Source: Candidatus Latescibacterota bacterium (GTDB taxonomy: Bacteria > Latescibacterota > UBA2968 > UBA8231). From it: a DNA stretch of 64,000 nt. The translations under genes and the position numbers were made by a program. Location of the stretch: contig OY730476.1 of assembly GCA_963422735.1 (NCBI GenBank), positions 992,001 to 1,056,000 of the forward strand, in the 5' to 3' direction. The notes under the pieces are model-generated. The model searched no databases. It was not told the origin of the DNA and worked only from the letters and a program-made list of their open reading frames with translations. How positions within the stretch are numbered: position 1 is the stretch's first letter; every line of letters starts with the position of its first letter. Positions 39,208-48,506 of the stretch are shown here, piece after piece.

Positions 39208-40782
39208 ATGCCACACGACAGATGGAGGCTCATCTACGTCAGCGACCCCTCGGGCAATGCCAACTACGATTTTGACCCGGGCAAAGCGCGTCCCCTCATA
39301 ACATCACACCCCGCCAAGCCTGAGGAGCTTAGGAGCATAATCGACAATGTCGCCGCCAATAGGCCCGATACCTTTATCCAAGAGGTCTATAACGCCGGCT
39401 GGACTTTGTACTTTCGCTCCCCGCGCTTCGAGTACGACGCCCGTCCCCAGCACCGGCGCTTTATTCCCATGATGGACAACGGGATCATGCCGCTGCAGGT
39501 GATGCTCGACCAAGCCCGTAAGCACGGGATGAATTTTCTCGCTGGTCTTCGCATGAACGACAGCCACGGCGCACCCGATCAAGGGGGGATGTTTCTCCAC
39601 AAGAACCCGCAGTGGAAAATTGAGGAGATGCCACCGGGCACGGCCTTCGTTCCCGGCAATAGGATGGATTTCACCTTTGCTCAGGTGCGGGACTACCTCT
39701 TCTCAGTGATGGCCGAGGTCGTCGATCAATTCGACGTAGATGGGCTTGAGTTGGTCTTCCGCGAAGGTCTTTACTTTCCGGCCCCCCAAGGCGATAGAAG
39801 CCTGTCGCACGAGCGCCAACCGCTTATGACTGAATTGATCCGGCGAGTGCGGGACATGCTGGACCAAGCCGGAAACAGCCGGGGCCGCGCACTGGTGTTG
39901 GGAGTCCGCGTCCCAGAAACGCTGGAGGAGTGCCACAACAGTGGTCTCGACGTACCCACTTGGATAGCGGAAGCACTCATCGACTACGTTGCTCCCCAAG
40001 ATGCCATGTATTCTGATTTCAACGCCCCATACCAAGAATTCAGCCAGCTCACCAAAGCCACCAAGTGCGAGTTCATCCCCGGCCTCCTCCCCTATTGCGC
40101 CAACCTCGACCGCACCGGTCCGCCATTGACACTCGAAAACTACCGCGCCTTGGCCCTTGCGTTTGCCCGCCAAGGTGCCGACGGGGTCTCCATGTACAAT
40201 TTTCAGATGCACTGGGATGCCTTCTGGAAATCGACCCGAGATCCAGGGTCGGAAGCCATGTATCCCCTAGCCCTTAGCTACCTGCGAGAGCTGCGGGATC
40301 TGGCCAAAGTTACCGGAGGTGCTCGACACTATCTCTTTCACCCTATGTGGGAAGGCTCTACGGCCTTTGGATCTCCGGGCACGACCGCAGGTGGGGCTAT
40401 TAGAGACGCCAAGATCCACCTTGAGCGGACGGCGGAGCAACCTTATGGCCAGTATCATTTTCGCCTGTACGAAAACTTCGACGAGATCGTCTTCGCCAAG
40501 CTGTTCTTCCGCGCTACGGGCTTGGGGCCTTATGATCGGATTGCTGTCGATATCAACGGCACGGCCATCCCCGCCGACGGGGTGCGCCGCATCTGGCACA
40601 GCGACGGCCGGCCCCAGAATCAAGGGCGGCCGCTCCCCGCGCATACGACCGGCATTATCGATCTGTCGTCGCCGCCCGTACGCGACGGCGACAATGCCCT
40701 CGGCGTCCGCTTGCTATTCTCCGGCCTCCCGGAAGGGGCTGTCGTCATCGATGAAATAGAAGTGACCGTGCTGCCGCGATAG
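39208..40782 (+). CDS. GHL10-like TIM-barrel glycoside hydrolase-like protein
   Basis: LRMNDSH, MDFT...VRDY, FDVDGLEL and GADGVSMYNF; GGAGG RBS. Confidence 0.8.
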   Translation: MPHDRWRLIYVSDPSGNANYDFDPGKARPLITSHPAKPEELRSIIDNVAANRPDTFIQEVYNAGWTLYFRSPRFEYDARPQHRRFIPMMDNGIMPLQVMLDQARKHGMNFLAGLRMNDSHGAPDQGGMFLHKNPQWKIEEMPPGTAFVPGNRMDFTFAQVRDYLFSVMAEVVDQFDVDGLELVFREGLYFPAPQGDRSLSHERQPLMTELIRRVRDMLDQAGNSRGRALVLGVRVPETLEECHNSGLDVPTWIAEALIDYVAPQDAMYSDFNAPYQEFSQLTKATKCEFIPGLLPYCANLDRTGPPLTLENYRALALAFARQGADGVSMYNFQMHWDAFWKSTRDPGSEAMYPLALSYLRELRDLAKVTGGARHYLFHPMWEGSTAFGSPGTTAGGAIRDAKIHLERTAEQPYGQYHFRLYENFDEIVFAKLFFRATGLGPYDRIAVDINGTAIPADGVRRIWHSDGRPQNQGRPLPAHTTGIIDLSSPPVRDGDNALGVRLLFSGLPEGAVVIDEIEVTVLPR

Positions 40783-40785
40783 CTC

Positions 40786-41330
40786 TTGCTCTTCAGCCAA
40801 GGAGAAATGCTGTGCCGAGGAGCGATCCCGAGCTCTGGAACCGACGCACGAGCGCGGCGACTTATATGGACCAACCTGCGCTGGACCCTCACCCACATCT
40901 GGCCGGACAGGCGGGCACTGGCCTTGGGCATCGTCGCCGTGCAAACTCTGTCGGTGCGGGGGGCGCTGGCTTTGAACAGGCCCTGCCGTGGCTTATAGCA
41001 TTCGGGCTCGTGCTTCTGCTCACAAGAGATGTGCAGTGGAAGGTGCGGTACGCGCTCCACCTACGGCTGAACACGCGCTCGGCCATCGCTTGCTGGCCAA
41101 GGCGTCGAGGCTGCAGATCGTCTTCTTTGAGGTAAGCGCGTTCCACGATCAGCTAGAACGCGCCAAGCCCCCGGGGCACGCGATCAATCGGTTCTACTTC
41201 GCGGCCATGCACGGATTTGAGGTCGGCATCCAAGCCCTCTCCATCGCGGCTATGTTCGCCTTAGTCTCTCCGTGGCTCTCTCTGACTCTTCCAATTGTAC
41301 TGGTACCGCAGATTCGACTGGCAGTTGTTG
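40786..41330 (+). pseudogene. ABC transporter transmembrane-domain fragment
   Basis: Frame-hopping fragments including LLAKASRLQIVFFEVSAFHDQLERA and LVSPWLSL; no ATPase domain; ends approximate. Confidence 0.5.
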
Positions 41331-41727
41331 CCCTGGCAATCCTTGGAAGAGAGGAAATCCCGATCAGGTAGGCTCTCGAATTCGTCTAGCGATATGTCCA
41401 TGTTCTCAACTTCGCTCTGAAAGAGACTCAGGATGACCACGCGAGCTACCCGGTCTTCCCGTTTTCGAGATCGTCTAGTTCCTGCTTTAACTCGAAGACC
41501 GCATCTTTGATCTCCTTCTGCCGCCGTGAGTGGAGTTCGGCTCTCTGCCGCCCTAGACCGCCCAGTGTTCCCAGAGATTCTCGGGGACTTCTCGCTTGAT
41601 CTTCTCCGAGCAACCGCGAAAAAGACGATTAAAAGGCCGTATCTTGTATGATTACGCTGCTACAAAAAGAAAGGCCGCATAGTTCGCATCTCCGATAAGT
41701 GGAATAGCGCGAAGCACCCCCCAATAT

Positions 41728-41765
41728 AAGTCATAAGTCGCTACCGCAGACTTATTGACTTTTTT
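41728..41765 (+). promoter_or_regulatory. Inverted repeat (operator or terminator) overlapping a TTGACT -35 box
   Basis: AAGTCATAAGTC-N9-GACTTATTGACTT followed by a T run. Confidence 0.45.
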
Positions 41766-41822
41766 CAAACATCCACGTTCTTTGATTTTGTTCCCCTTTG
41801 ACCAACAGGAAAAGGTCCTACT

Positions 41823-42095
41823 ATGACGACGACTAACTCTAAAAAACGCAAACTTTTCAAACTTTTAGCCCCGCAGGCGGAAAGCGTTTACTTGGCCGCC
41901 TCCTTCAACGATTGGGATCCACAGGCCCGCCCGCTCAAAAAAGACACCCAAGGCCTGTGGAAAACTTCGGTCACGTTACCTTTGGGCAAGCACGAATACC
42001 GCTTTGTGGTCGATGGCGAATGGCGCGATGACCCGCAGTGCCGGGAGCACCACCCCAATCCCTTCGGCACCACCAACTGCATTTTGCACGCCTGA
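41823..42095 (+). CDS. Glycogen-binding (CBM48/AMPK-beta, early-set) domain protein
   Basis: APQAESVYLAASFNDW...GKHEYRFVVDGEW...NPFGTTN. Confidence 0.9.
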   Translation: MTTTNSKKRKLFKLLAPQAESVYLAASFNDWDPQARPLKKDTQGLWKTSVTLPLGKHEYRFVVDGEWRDDPQCREHHPNPFGTTNCILHA

Positions 42096-42126
42096 TCTCG
42101 CCGCGCCTTTAGGCGTACGCCCACCG

Positions 42127-42148
42127 CCTCACGACGGAAACGGCACGG
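42127..42148 (-). repeat. Second displaced copy of the 3' end of gene 44330..46306
   Basis: cctcacgacggaaacggcacgg versus 44328-44349 cctcacgacgggaacggcacgg (21/22), encoding VPFPS*. Confidence 0.75.
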
Positions 42149-42169
42149 CTTGCGCAATAGTGGCGAAGC

Positions 42170-43000
42170 TTATTGGCCGTCGCAAGGCCGGTATTCGCCG
42201 CGGGCGTTCCAGCCGGGATACTGCGATTCCAAGGCATCGAGCGTCTGGCGGGTGTAGTAGGGATGGTCGGGCGGCGGGAAGCGGAAGAGCTGGCGATCGG
42301 CGGCAGTGAGGCCGGCGATAAACTCGCAAAAGTGCGGGTCGCGCCCCACCTGGGTGTAGTGCTCGACGCCTTCCCAATAGTGGTCGGCGCGGCCATAGGC
42401 GAATTTCCAGATATAGCGCTGGCCGTCGGCGCGCCGATAGTCGCTGGCGGCGTGCCAGGAGTAGTTGTGGAAGATGGCTACCGAGCCGCCAGGGGCGACC
42501 ATCGGCTCGGCTTTAGCCGGGTCCTGGTGCTGGCCGTCGCCATCGGCGACGAAGAGGGTTGGGGCCTGATCCCCTTCGACGTCTTCGAGGCAGAACCAGA
42601 AGTTGAGCTGGCTGTGACGACGGTCGGATGTAGTGGGCGGCAGCAGCGAATTGTTGCAATTGTCGATGTGGAACGGCCCACCCTTGCGGCCCGGATAGGA
42701 GACCAAACCCAGTCCGGGCCGGTAGTGGATTTGGTCGGTGCCGAGCCAGTGTCGGGCGAAGGCGATGGCTTCGCGGTCGACGATGGCGCGGTTGAGGCAT
42801 TGTTCGGGATAGGGGAAATAGCAGGAGTCCAGGCGAGCGTCGGGCGGGCCGTCCGCGACTTCGTCCCAAGGTTTGAGGAGGAGGCGGAGGGCGGCGGCCA
42901 TGGCGGCGCGTTGGGCTTCGGGGAGGTAGTTGTGGATGATGACAAAGCCGCGTGTGGCAAGTGTTTTGAATACTTCGTCGTTTAGTTTTTGCTCCTGCAT
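42170..43000 (-). CDS. Phytanoyl-CoA dioxygenase (PhyH) family Fe/2OG oxygenase
   Basis: GFVIIHNYL, HxD (FHIDN) and distal WHAA. Confidence 0.88.
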   Translation of the reverse strand: MQEQKLNDEVFKTLATRGFVIIHNYLPEAQRAAMAAALRLLLKPWDEVADGPPDARLDSCYFPYPEQCLNRAIVDREAIAFARHWLGTDQIHYRPGLGLVSYPGRKGGPFHIDNCNNSLLPPTTSDRRHSQLNFWFCLEDVEGDQAPTLFVADGDGQHQDPAKAEPMVAPGGSVAIFHNYSWHAASDYRRADGQRYIWKFAYGRADHYWEGVEHYTQVGRDPHFCEFIAGLTAADRQLFRFPPPDHPYYTRQTLDALESQYPGWNARGEYRPCDGQ

Positions 43001-43011
43001 GATGGGTTCCT

Positions 43012-43326
43012 TTAGGCGACATGTTTCTGGATGCCGACGACGAGTGCGATGCTCAGGGCCGCGATCAGCGCGACACCGACGAGCGTGATGATTAAGGTCT
43101 TGCCCATAAACAAATAGATCCCCAAGCCCATCAGGACGGTCACCACTCCCATAAGGAAGAGCATCAGCCCCACCCAGTGGGCCAATGCGTCCTTGTCGGC
43201 GACCCGGTTCGGGTCGAGACCGGAGATCAGGCCGATGCGTTTCTTAACTCCTATCAGATAGGCGATGGCATAGAGCGGCAGGGCGGAGAGCAGCATGACG
43301 AGAAAGATAAATAGGTCTGAGTCCAT
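43012..43326 (-). CDS. Small three-TM membrane protein (DUF3784-like)
   Basis: Hydrophobic segments, LISG...DK pattern; AAAGGAG RBS. Confidence 0.7.
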   Translation of the reverse strand: MDSDLFIFLVMLLSALPLYAIAYLIGVKKRIGLISGLDPNRVADKDALAHWVGLMLFLMGVVTVLMGLGIYLFMGKTLIITLVGVALIAALSIALVVGIQKHVA

Positions 43327-43355
43327 AGAAAGCTCCTTTCATGGGCTGGGAGTTG

Positions 43356-43430
43356 TCACGCCGGAAACGGCACGGGAAGGCATAGCTTGGCGTATTGTAG
43401 AAGCGGTCTAGCCCGGCTCCGACGCGAATC
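43356..43430 (-). repeat. First displaced copy of the 3' end of gene 44330..46306
   Basis: 75 nt aligning to 44330-44426 with 9 mismatches (6 synonymous) and a 22-nt deletion between TTCCCGTG direct repeats. Confidence 0.9.
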
Positions 43431-44270
43431 AATCTAGAGCACGGCAAGACCATTGTCCTTGAAGCCACTCCTCCAGTTCAGCAATCTCCTCTTCCGTCAA
43501 GTTCAAGCTGGCTGCTTGAGCGCGATCAGTTGTAGATCTGATCAGGGCTGCTCGAATATCGTCCGCGTTTGGTCCCGGGTTTACACTCCGTGCAGCACCG
43601 CCGAATAGCGCTGCACGGAGAATCACTCCAATCGCTTGTCGTCCTACTTGTATGCCCTCCCTCTTAAGCTCATCCCGGGTCCAAGCCGTAGCTTGGGTCA
43701 AGCTGAAATCATGAGTGTTCCCATAGTGTGCGAGCATTTCAATGGTTGCCTTCCACTTAGCAGGGCTAAGCAGGGGTAAGTCGGTGATTTGAAAAATTTG
43801 CGTGATAAGCTCCGGCGTGTCTTCTTCGCCTCCCGGTTCCGAGTGAATGTCGGGATTCCACACATAGTGATTCTTTGTGCGGAGATCGGGCATCATCGAA
43901 ACTAATCTGCCAAGCGAGCCGGTGTTAAACCATCGGCTTCGATCTATGGTATCCCCGAATTCGATCTGAATTCGGATACCGAAAAGCCTGATTTGGTGAG
44001 ATTTGGCCGGAATCTCGAAAAGTAAACCCTACCACTATCGTTCCCCTCCTCGGTGTCCTCAACCCATCCCACCGGGTTCATATACGCCCGTCGTACTAAG
44101 AAATCTCTCCTAGCGTTAGGTGAAAGCTTCCAGGAGGCAAGAGCATCGAGCCACTTGCTAGGTTCCCGCGCTAATGTGTAAGCCGCTCAACGGTCCAGTT
44201 CCAGCATGCCACTGAAAAGATTGTCGAAGTCTAAGAAGAGTGCTGTTCTGATACATTCCATGCTGGTCAT
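43429..44270 (-). pseudogene. NYN (PIN-like) domain protein pseudogene
   Basis: ATG 44270: RTALFLDFDNLFSG...DR*AA...RRDFLVRRAYMNPVGW...YFSRFRPNLTKSGF, then deletion/frameshift into the C-terminal ORF 43429..43896; visibly lower GC. Confidence 0.75.
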
Positions 44271-44329
44271 CTCCAGTTATCTATCTATTTGCTACCCCTC
44301 TGGCCGCCAAGAGGATACAACGATTAACC

Positions 44330-46306
44330 TCACGACGGGAACGGCACGGGAATCCCATCGCCGTGCCACGGGAAGGCGTAGCTCGGTGTATTGCAGAAAC
44401 GATCTAGCCCGACTCCGACGCGAATCGCCGTTGACGGCGGCAGTTCCACCGAGAAGTACTTCCCTTCTACAGCAGCTACAACCTCGCCATCCCTCCCTGC
44501 GGCGCGGTATTTGAGCTGCGTGAAGCGGTGCTCACCAAAGGCACCGGCCTGTACAATGAGGCGGCGCGTCTCGTGCCGCGACGTGTTGACGAGCTGAATG
44601 CCGACCCCAGCCGGTCCCAGTTCATCTACCAAGGCGGCCACATCTAAGGGCAGCCCCGGACGCAGGAGATCGGCGTCGAAGTAGCGCACCGTAGCGCGCA
44701 GCAGACCGCCGTTATAGACCGACTGCGGCGCCCCCAGCGTCACTTGGGTCAGCCCCTTGGTCAACACCGGCTGCGACGGGAGCCGATTGGTAGCGATGAT
44801 CTCCAGAGGACTGCGCTCCACGTCGCGCATGGCCTCGTAGGTCTCTAGGGCCTGCTGGTACTCCGCCTGCAGAATCTGCTCCGGCCAGCTCGGGTTCTTG
44901 CCGTCGTAGTACTGGAAGCGGGCAAATTCGGTATTGCCCCAGTTTTTCTCGCCCAAGACCGTGCCTACATCATTCCAGTCTCGCTCCACGTCGCCTTCGC
45001 GCACCGAGGTGATGAGCTCGTAGTCCTCCCGGGCCATAGAGGCGTGGTACAGGTGCATGATGTCCTGACCCCTAAGTGGGGTGGGTTCCAGCCAGTAGCC
45101 CCGCATCTCAATGCCGTCGCTTACGTGTAGTCCCGGCGCTGGATTCCAGTCCCAGCCATCCGGCCCGTAGCGCACTGGCACGAGGAACTGCCCATCCTCC
45201 CGTTTCCTGCCGTTATCGATTTGCAGCTTGATTTGCGAGCGCAAAAAGTCGAGGTAGCCGCTGTCGCCGGTGAGCAGTTGGGCGCATTCGACTGCGATGT
45301 TGATACCGTGGAACATGATGTTGTAGCCTTGGTAGTGGTTCCAGCCGTATTGGCCTCCCCACCACGCGCCTTCGCGTCCCCCACCGATGACGCCTTTGGC
45401 ATCGACATTGTCCGGGCAAATACCGCCGTTTTTCTCGGTGCGCTCCATCCACGCCTCCGTGTAGTCGAGGACCCACTGTTTGTACTTGCTATCGCCCGTG
45501 TACAGATAGGTATTGGTCACCAGCGCGGTAGCCGCTAAGCTGTTGGGCGTGTCGCACTGCAAGACGAGCCGGTCGAACAGATCGACGATCTGCTTGCGCC
45601 GCGCTGGATTTTCAAACCAGCGGGTCTCTAAGTTTTTGACGATGGGATACAGGCTGGCGCGCACTCCGTAGTAGTTGGCCTGTCCGCCCAAGCCGCGCCC
45701 GGCCAGCAGCATGGTGTTGGCGTATTCTGCGTCTGCGTGGAGCTTGGGTCCTTGGCTCGAATGGAAGGGCGAGCGCAGGATGCGGTATTCGGGATCCCAG
45801 TTGGGGGCTTGGGGATCCTCACCGATAAACAGGGCCGCAAAGCTCCGCGCCCGCCGCATGTTTTCCGATACCGTGGGATCGGCCACCCCAAAGTCGTAAA
45901 AGGCCATATTGCCCTCGCCCAAGTGATGCCACTCCATGGCTTGTTCGAGGTTCCAGAATTCGTTGTGGATGGAAGGGCGGAAAACTTTCACGTGATCGTT
46001 GTAGCGCGTGCGATGATTAATGCGATCATCGCTGATGCGGGTGACCGCGTTCCAATTGCGGAAGTGGAAATCGAGCAAATCGTCGGCCGCGCCAATCGCG
46101 TAGAACAGGCCGAAGTTGTACATCTGTTCGTAGAGATCATCCACATCCTCGGCCAACAAGGTGCCGCCGCCGCGCTCAAAGTACTGCCGAGCGAACAGGC
46201 GGCCCGACTCCTCCATCAGTGCGATCAAATTCCGCTCCATTAAGGCCCACGCCGGCGGGGCCGCAACCTCGGTCGCCTCAATCCTAGTCATACTATTTGC
46301 TACCAT
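44330..46306 (-). CDS. Uncharacterised 'PPAW-ER' family protein (658 aa)
   Basis: Intact ORF with GGAGGT RBS; motifs PPAWALMER, DDLYE, EWHHLGEG, WWGGQYGW, RPGLPLDVAALV and QAGAFGEH. Confidence 0.88.
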   Translation of the reverse strand: MVANSMTRIEATEVAAPPAWALMERNLIALMEESGRLFARQYFERGGGTLLAEDVDDLYEQMYNFGLFYAIGAADDLLDFHFRNWNAVTRISDDRINHRTRYNDHVKVFRPSIHNEFWNLEQAMEWHHLGEGNMAFYDFGVADPTVSENMRRARSFAALFIGEDPQAPNWDPEYRILRSPFHSSQGPKLHADAEYANTMLLAGRGLGGQANYYGVRASLYPIVKNLETRWFENPARRKQIVDLFDRLVLQCDTPNSLAATALVTNTYLYTGDSKYKQWVLDYTEAWMERTEKNGGICPDNVDAKGVIGGGREGAWWGGQYGWNHYQGYNIMFHGINIAVECAQLLTGDSGYLDFLRSQIKLQIDNGRKREDGQFLVPVRYGPDGWDWNPAPGLHVSDGIEMRGYWLEPTPLRGQDIMHLYHASMAREDYELITSVREGDVERDWNDVGTVLGEKNWGNTEFARFQYYDGKNPSWPEQILQAEYQQALETYEAMRDVERSPLEIIATNRLPSQPVLTKGLTQVTLGAPQSVYNGGLLRATVRYFDADLLRPGLPLDVAALVDELGPAGVGIQLVNTSRHETRRLIVQAGAFGEHRFTQLKYRAAGRDGEVVAAVEGKYFSVELPPSTAIRVGVGLDRFCNTPSYAFPWHGDGIPVPFPS

Positions 46307-46447
46307 CGCCTACTACCTCCTGTGCGCGAGAAAGGGTCGGACGTAATTCTAGGCGGCACTACATGCGCGGGCAAGCGGCACACTTTCAGCCGATGGCGCG
46401 TTGGTCTGCTTGGCTGCTCCCGACGCATCCTTTACCTTAAAAACCCC

Positions 46448-47233
46448 ATGAACAGTAAAGACTATCTACACGCCCTCTTCGGCTGCGAGGGCCGCAAAGC
46501 CATCGTCACGGGGGCCTCCAGCGGCCTAGGTGCCGAAATGGCCCGCGTCCTCGTCTCGGCGGGTGCTGACGTCCTCGCCATCGCCCGCCGCCAAGAGCGC
46601 CTCGAAGCACTGGCCAACGAATTGCAAGATCGCGCCGGGACCATCCACGCACACGCGGCCGACCTCAGCGACAACGCCGCCATCGCCGCCCTGCCCGAGC
46701 AAGTGTGCGAGCGACTCGGCGGCTGCGATATCTTGGTCGCCAATGCCGGCACAGCCACCCGCGTCCGCCTCGAAGATATGGCCGAGCAAGACTTTGCCGC
46801 GGTCGTCGATCTCAACCTCAAAGCCCAATGGCTGCTCGCCAAAGCCTGCTTTCCCCTGCTCTGTCAATCCGATGCCGGTCGCATCGTCAATATCGCCTCC
46901 ATCTACGGCTTGGGAGCCTCGGTAATCAACGGCCTGAGTGCCTACACAGTCAGCAAGCACGGACTCGTAGGGTTGACGCGCTCGCAGGCAGTGGAATGGA
47001 GCAGACACGGCATCACTGCAAACGCCATCGCCCCCAGCTATTTTCCCACCGAATTGACCGAAACCGCCCTCGACAACGAGAAGATGAGCACCCGCCTGCA
47101 CACCTTTACGCCGCAGGGCCGCTTTGGTCAGCCCGCAGAGTTGGCCACTACCCTGCTTTTTTTGTGCTCAAAGGACAGTGGCTACGTCAACGGGACCGTC
47201 GTACCGGTGGACGGCGGCTGGACAGCGTGGTGA
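46448..47233 (+). CDS. SDR family oxidoreductase
   Basis: TGASSGLG, NAG, YTVSK and VDGG. Confidence 0.92.
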   Translation: MNSKDYLHALFGCEGRKAIVTGASSGLGAEMARVLVSAGADVLAIARRQERLEALANELQDRAGTIHAHAADLSDNAAIAALPEQVCERLGGCDILVANAGTATRVRLEDMAEQDFAAVVDLNLKAQWLLAKACFPLLCQSDAGRIVNIASIYGLGASVINGLSAYTVSKHGLVGLTRSQAVEWSRHGITANAIAPSYFPTELTETALDNEKMSTRLHTFTPQGRFGQPAELATTLLFLCSKDSGYVNGTVVPVDGGWTAW

Positions 47234-47315
47234 TAGTAGCCAGTGTTGAGTGAATAGTGCCCCGCCGCCTCTAGGGTCGGGAGCGGACGGGAACTAACCA
47301 CTGAAAATCGGCACT
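47234..47315. repeat. Degenerate heptamer-periodic intergenic element
   Basis: TAGTAGC-CAGTGTT-GAGTGAA-TAGTG ... AACTAAC-CACTGAA; same architecture as 3349-3419. Confidence 0.5.
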
Positions 47316-47700
47316 ATGAAAAAGCGAATCCTCGGCCGCACGGGCCTAGCCGTGAGCGAGCTGTCGCTCGGCGGGCTTTTTGTCTCGTCCCTTGGTGCGG
47401 CCTTTGAGCAGAGCAAGCAGGCCGTGCGCCGCGCCCTCGAATTGGGGTTAATTACATCGACGCCGCGCCGACCTATTTCGATAGCGAAGAGGTCTTGGGT
47501 AAGGCATTCGAAGGCGTGGAAACGCCCCTTTACCTTTCGACTAAGATCGGAGGTCGCCTAACCCCCTTCCTGCCACAGGGCCCCGCCTGCCTGCGGCGTT
47601 CGGTGGAGGAAAGCCTCAAGCGCGACCGCGTCGATATCCCGATGGTCCACGAGCCAGACCGGCCGCGGATGTACGATTGGGGTTCCCTTCCGACCTTGCG
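47316..47700 (+). pseudogene. Aldo/keto reductase pseudogene
   Basis: MKKRILGRTGLAVSELSLGG; one base missing in GGGG near 47444 (restoring it gives NYIDAAPTY...SEEVLG); truncated after VHEPD. Confidence 0.8.
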
Positions 47701-47766
47701 AAGACCCCTTCGTCCTACCGCTAGCCGGGCTTACTCTGGGCTGGGACAGATCCGTTAGCAGTCTTC

Positions 47767-48483
47767 TTAGGCTGGCGGCGCTTCCAGAAAAACGCGTACC
47801 CCCATATCGGCATAGCGCGACCGACTCTCAGCCGTGCCATTGCGGAAACAGACCGCGGTATCCGTGCCCTGCAAGGACTCGACCACGTGGCGCACACAGT
47901 CATCGACGCTTTTGAGATGGGGATGTCCCCGGTGATTCAGGTCCATTTGCAGGTCGGTAGGGCCAAAGGAGAGGCAATCGACCCCGGGCCGCGCCAAGTT
48001 GAATGCACTAGTCGCGGCCGCCACGGATTCGACTTGCAGCCACAGCACCCCGTACTGGTTCCACCAATCCGCATACGCCTGGGGGCCGCTACTCGCGTCG
48101 CCGACGCGGGCACTGCCGCCGTGGCTGCGCACCCCTTGCGGCAAGTAGTAAAAATTAGCCACGGCCTCTTCAGCAGTCGCTACGGCCTCTACTTGGGGTA
48201 CTTCGATCCCCGAGGGCCCCAGGTCCAAGTAGTTGCCGATCAGGTAGGTGTGGCGAGTGTGCTTGATGCGGAAGTGCAGCGGTAGGTCGAACTCCCCGAC
48301 CATGCCCGACAACGCGACCAAGCGATCTTCGCTATAGGGCGAGTGCTGGCTATCGACAAAGACAAAATCGCACGCGCCCAACTCGGCGATTCGCTTGAAT
48401 GCATCGCGCTCGATATCGCCGCGGATGCCAAACCCCACCACCTGTTCGCCCCGCTTGATCTCCTGCTTCAAATTCGCTGCCAT
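47767..48483 (-). CDS. HpcH/HpaI aldolase family protein
   Basis: DFVFVDSQH, LQVES and FGPTDL. Confidence 0.88.
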   Translation of the reverse strand: MAANLKQEIKRGEQVVGFGIRGDIERDAFKRIAELGACDFVFVDSQHSPYSEDRLVALSGMVGEFDLPLHFRIKHTRHTYLIGNYLDLGPSGIEVPQVEAVATAEEAVANFYYLPQGVRSHGGSARVGDASSGPQAYADWWNQYGVLWLQVESVAAATSAFNLARPGVDCLSFGPTDLQMDLNHRGHPHLKSVDDCVRHVVESLQGTDTAVCFRNGTAESRSRYADMGVRVFLEAPPA

Positions 48484-48506
48484 GCTCGTATCTCCTTTAA
48501 CCTCGG

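Noticed and set aside
44187-44189. In-frame TGA in the NYN gene as selenocysteine
   Set aside because: Not a Cys-equivalent position as far as I can tell, and the gene is also deleted and frameshifted.
42127-44426. Tail copies as CRISPR repeats, integron attC sites or DGR template/variable repeats
   Set aside because: Spacing is about 1 kb, the copies are coding-derived and lack attC palindromy. Mismatches are mostly synonymous rather than adenine-specific, and no cas, intI or RT gene is in the window.
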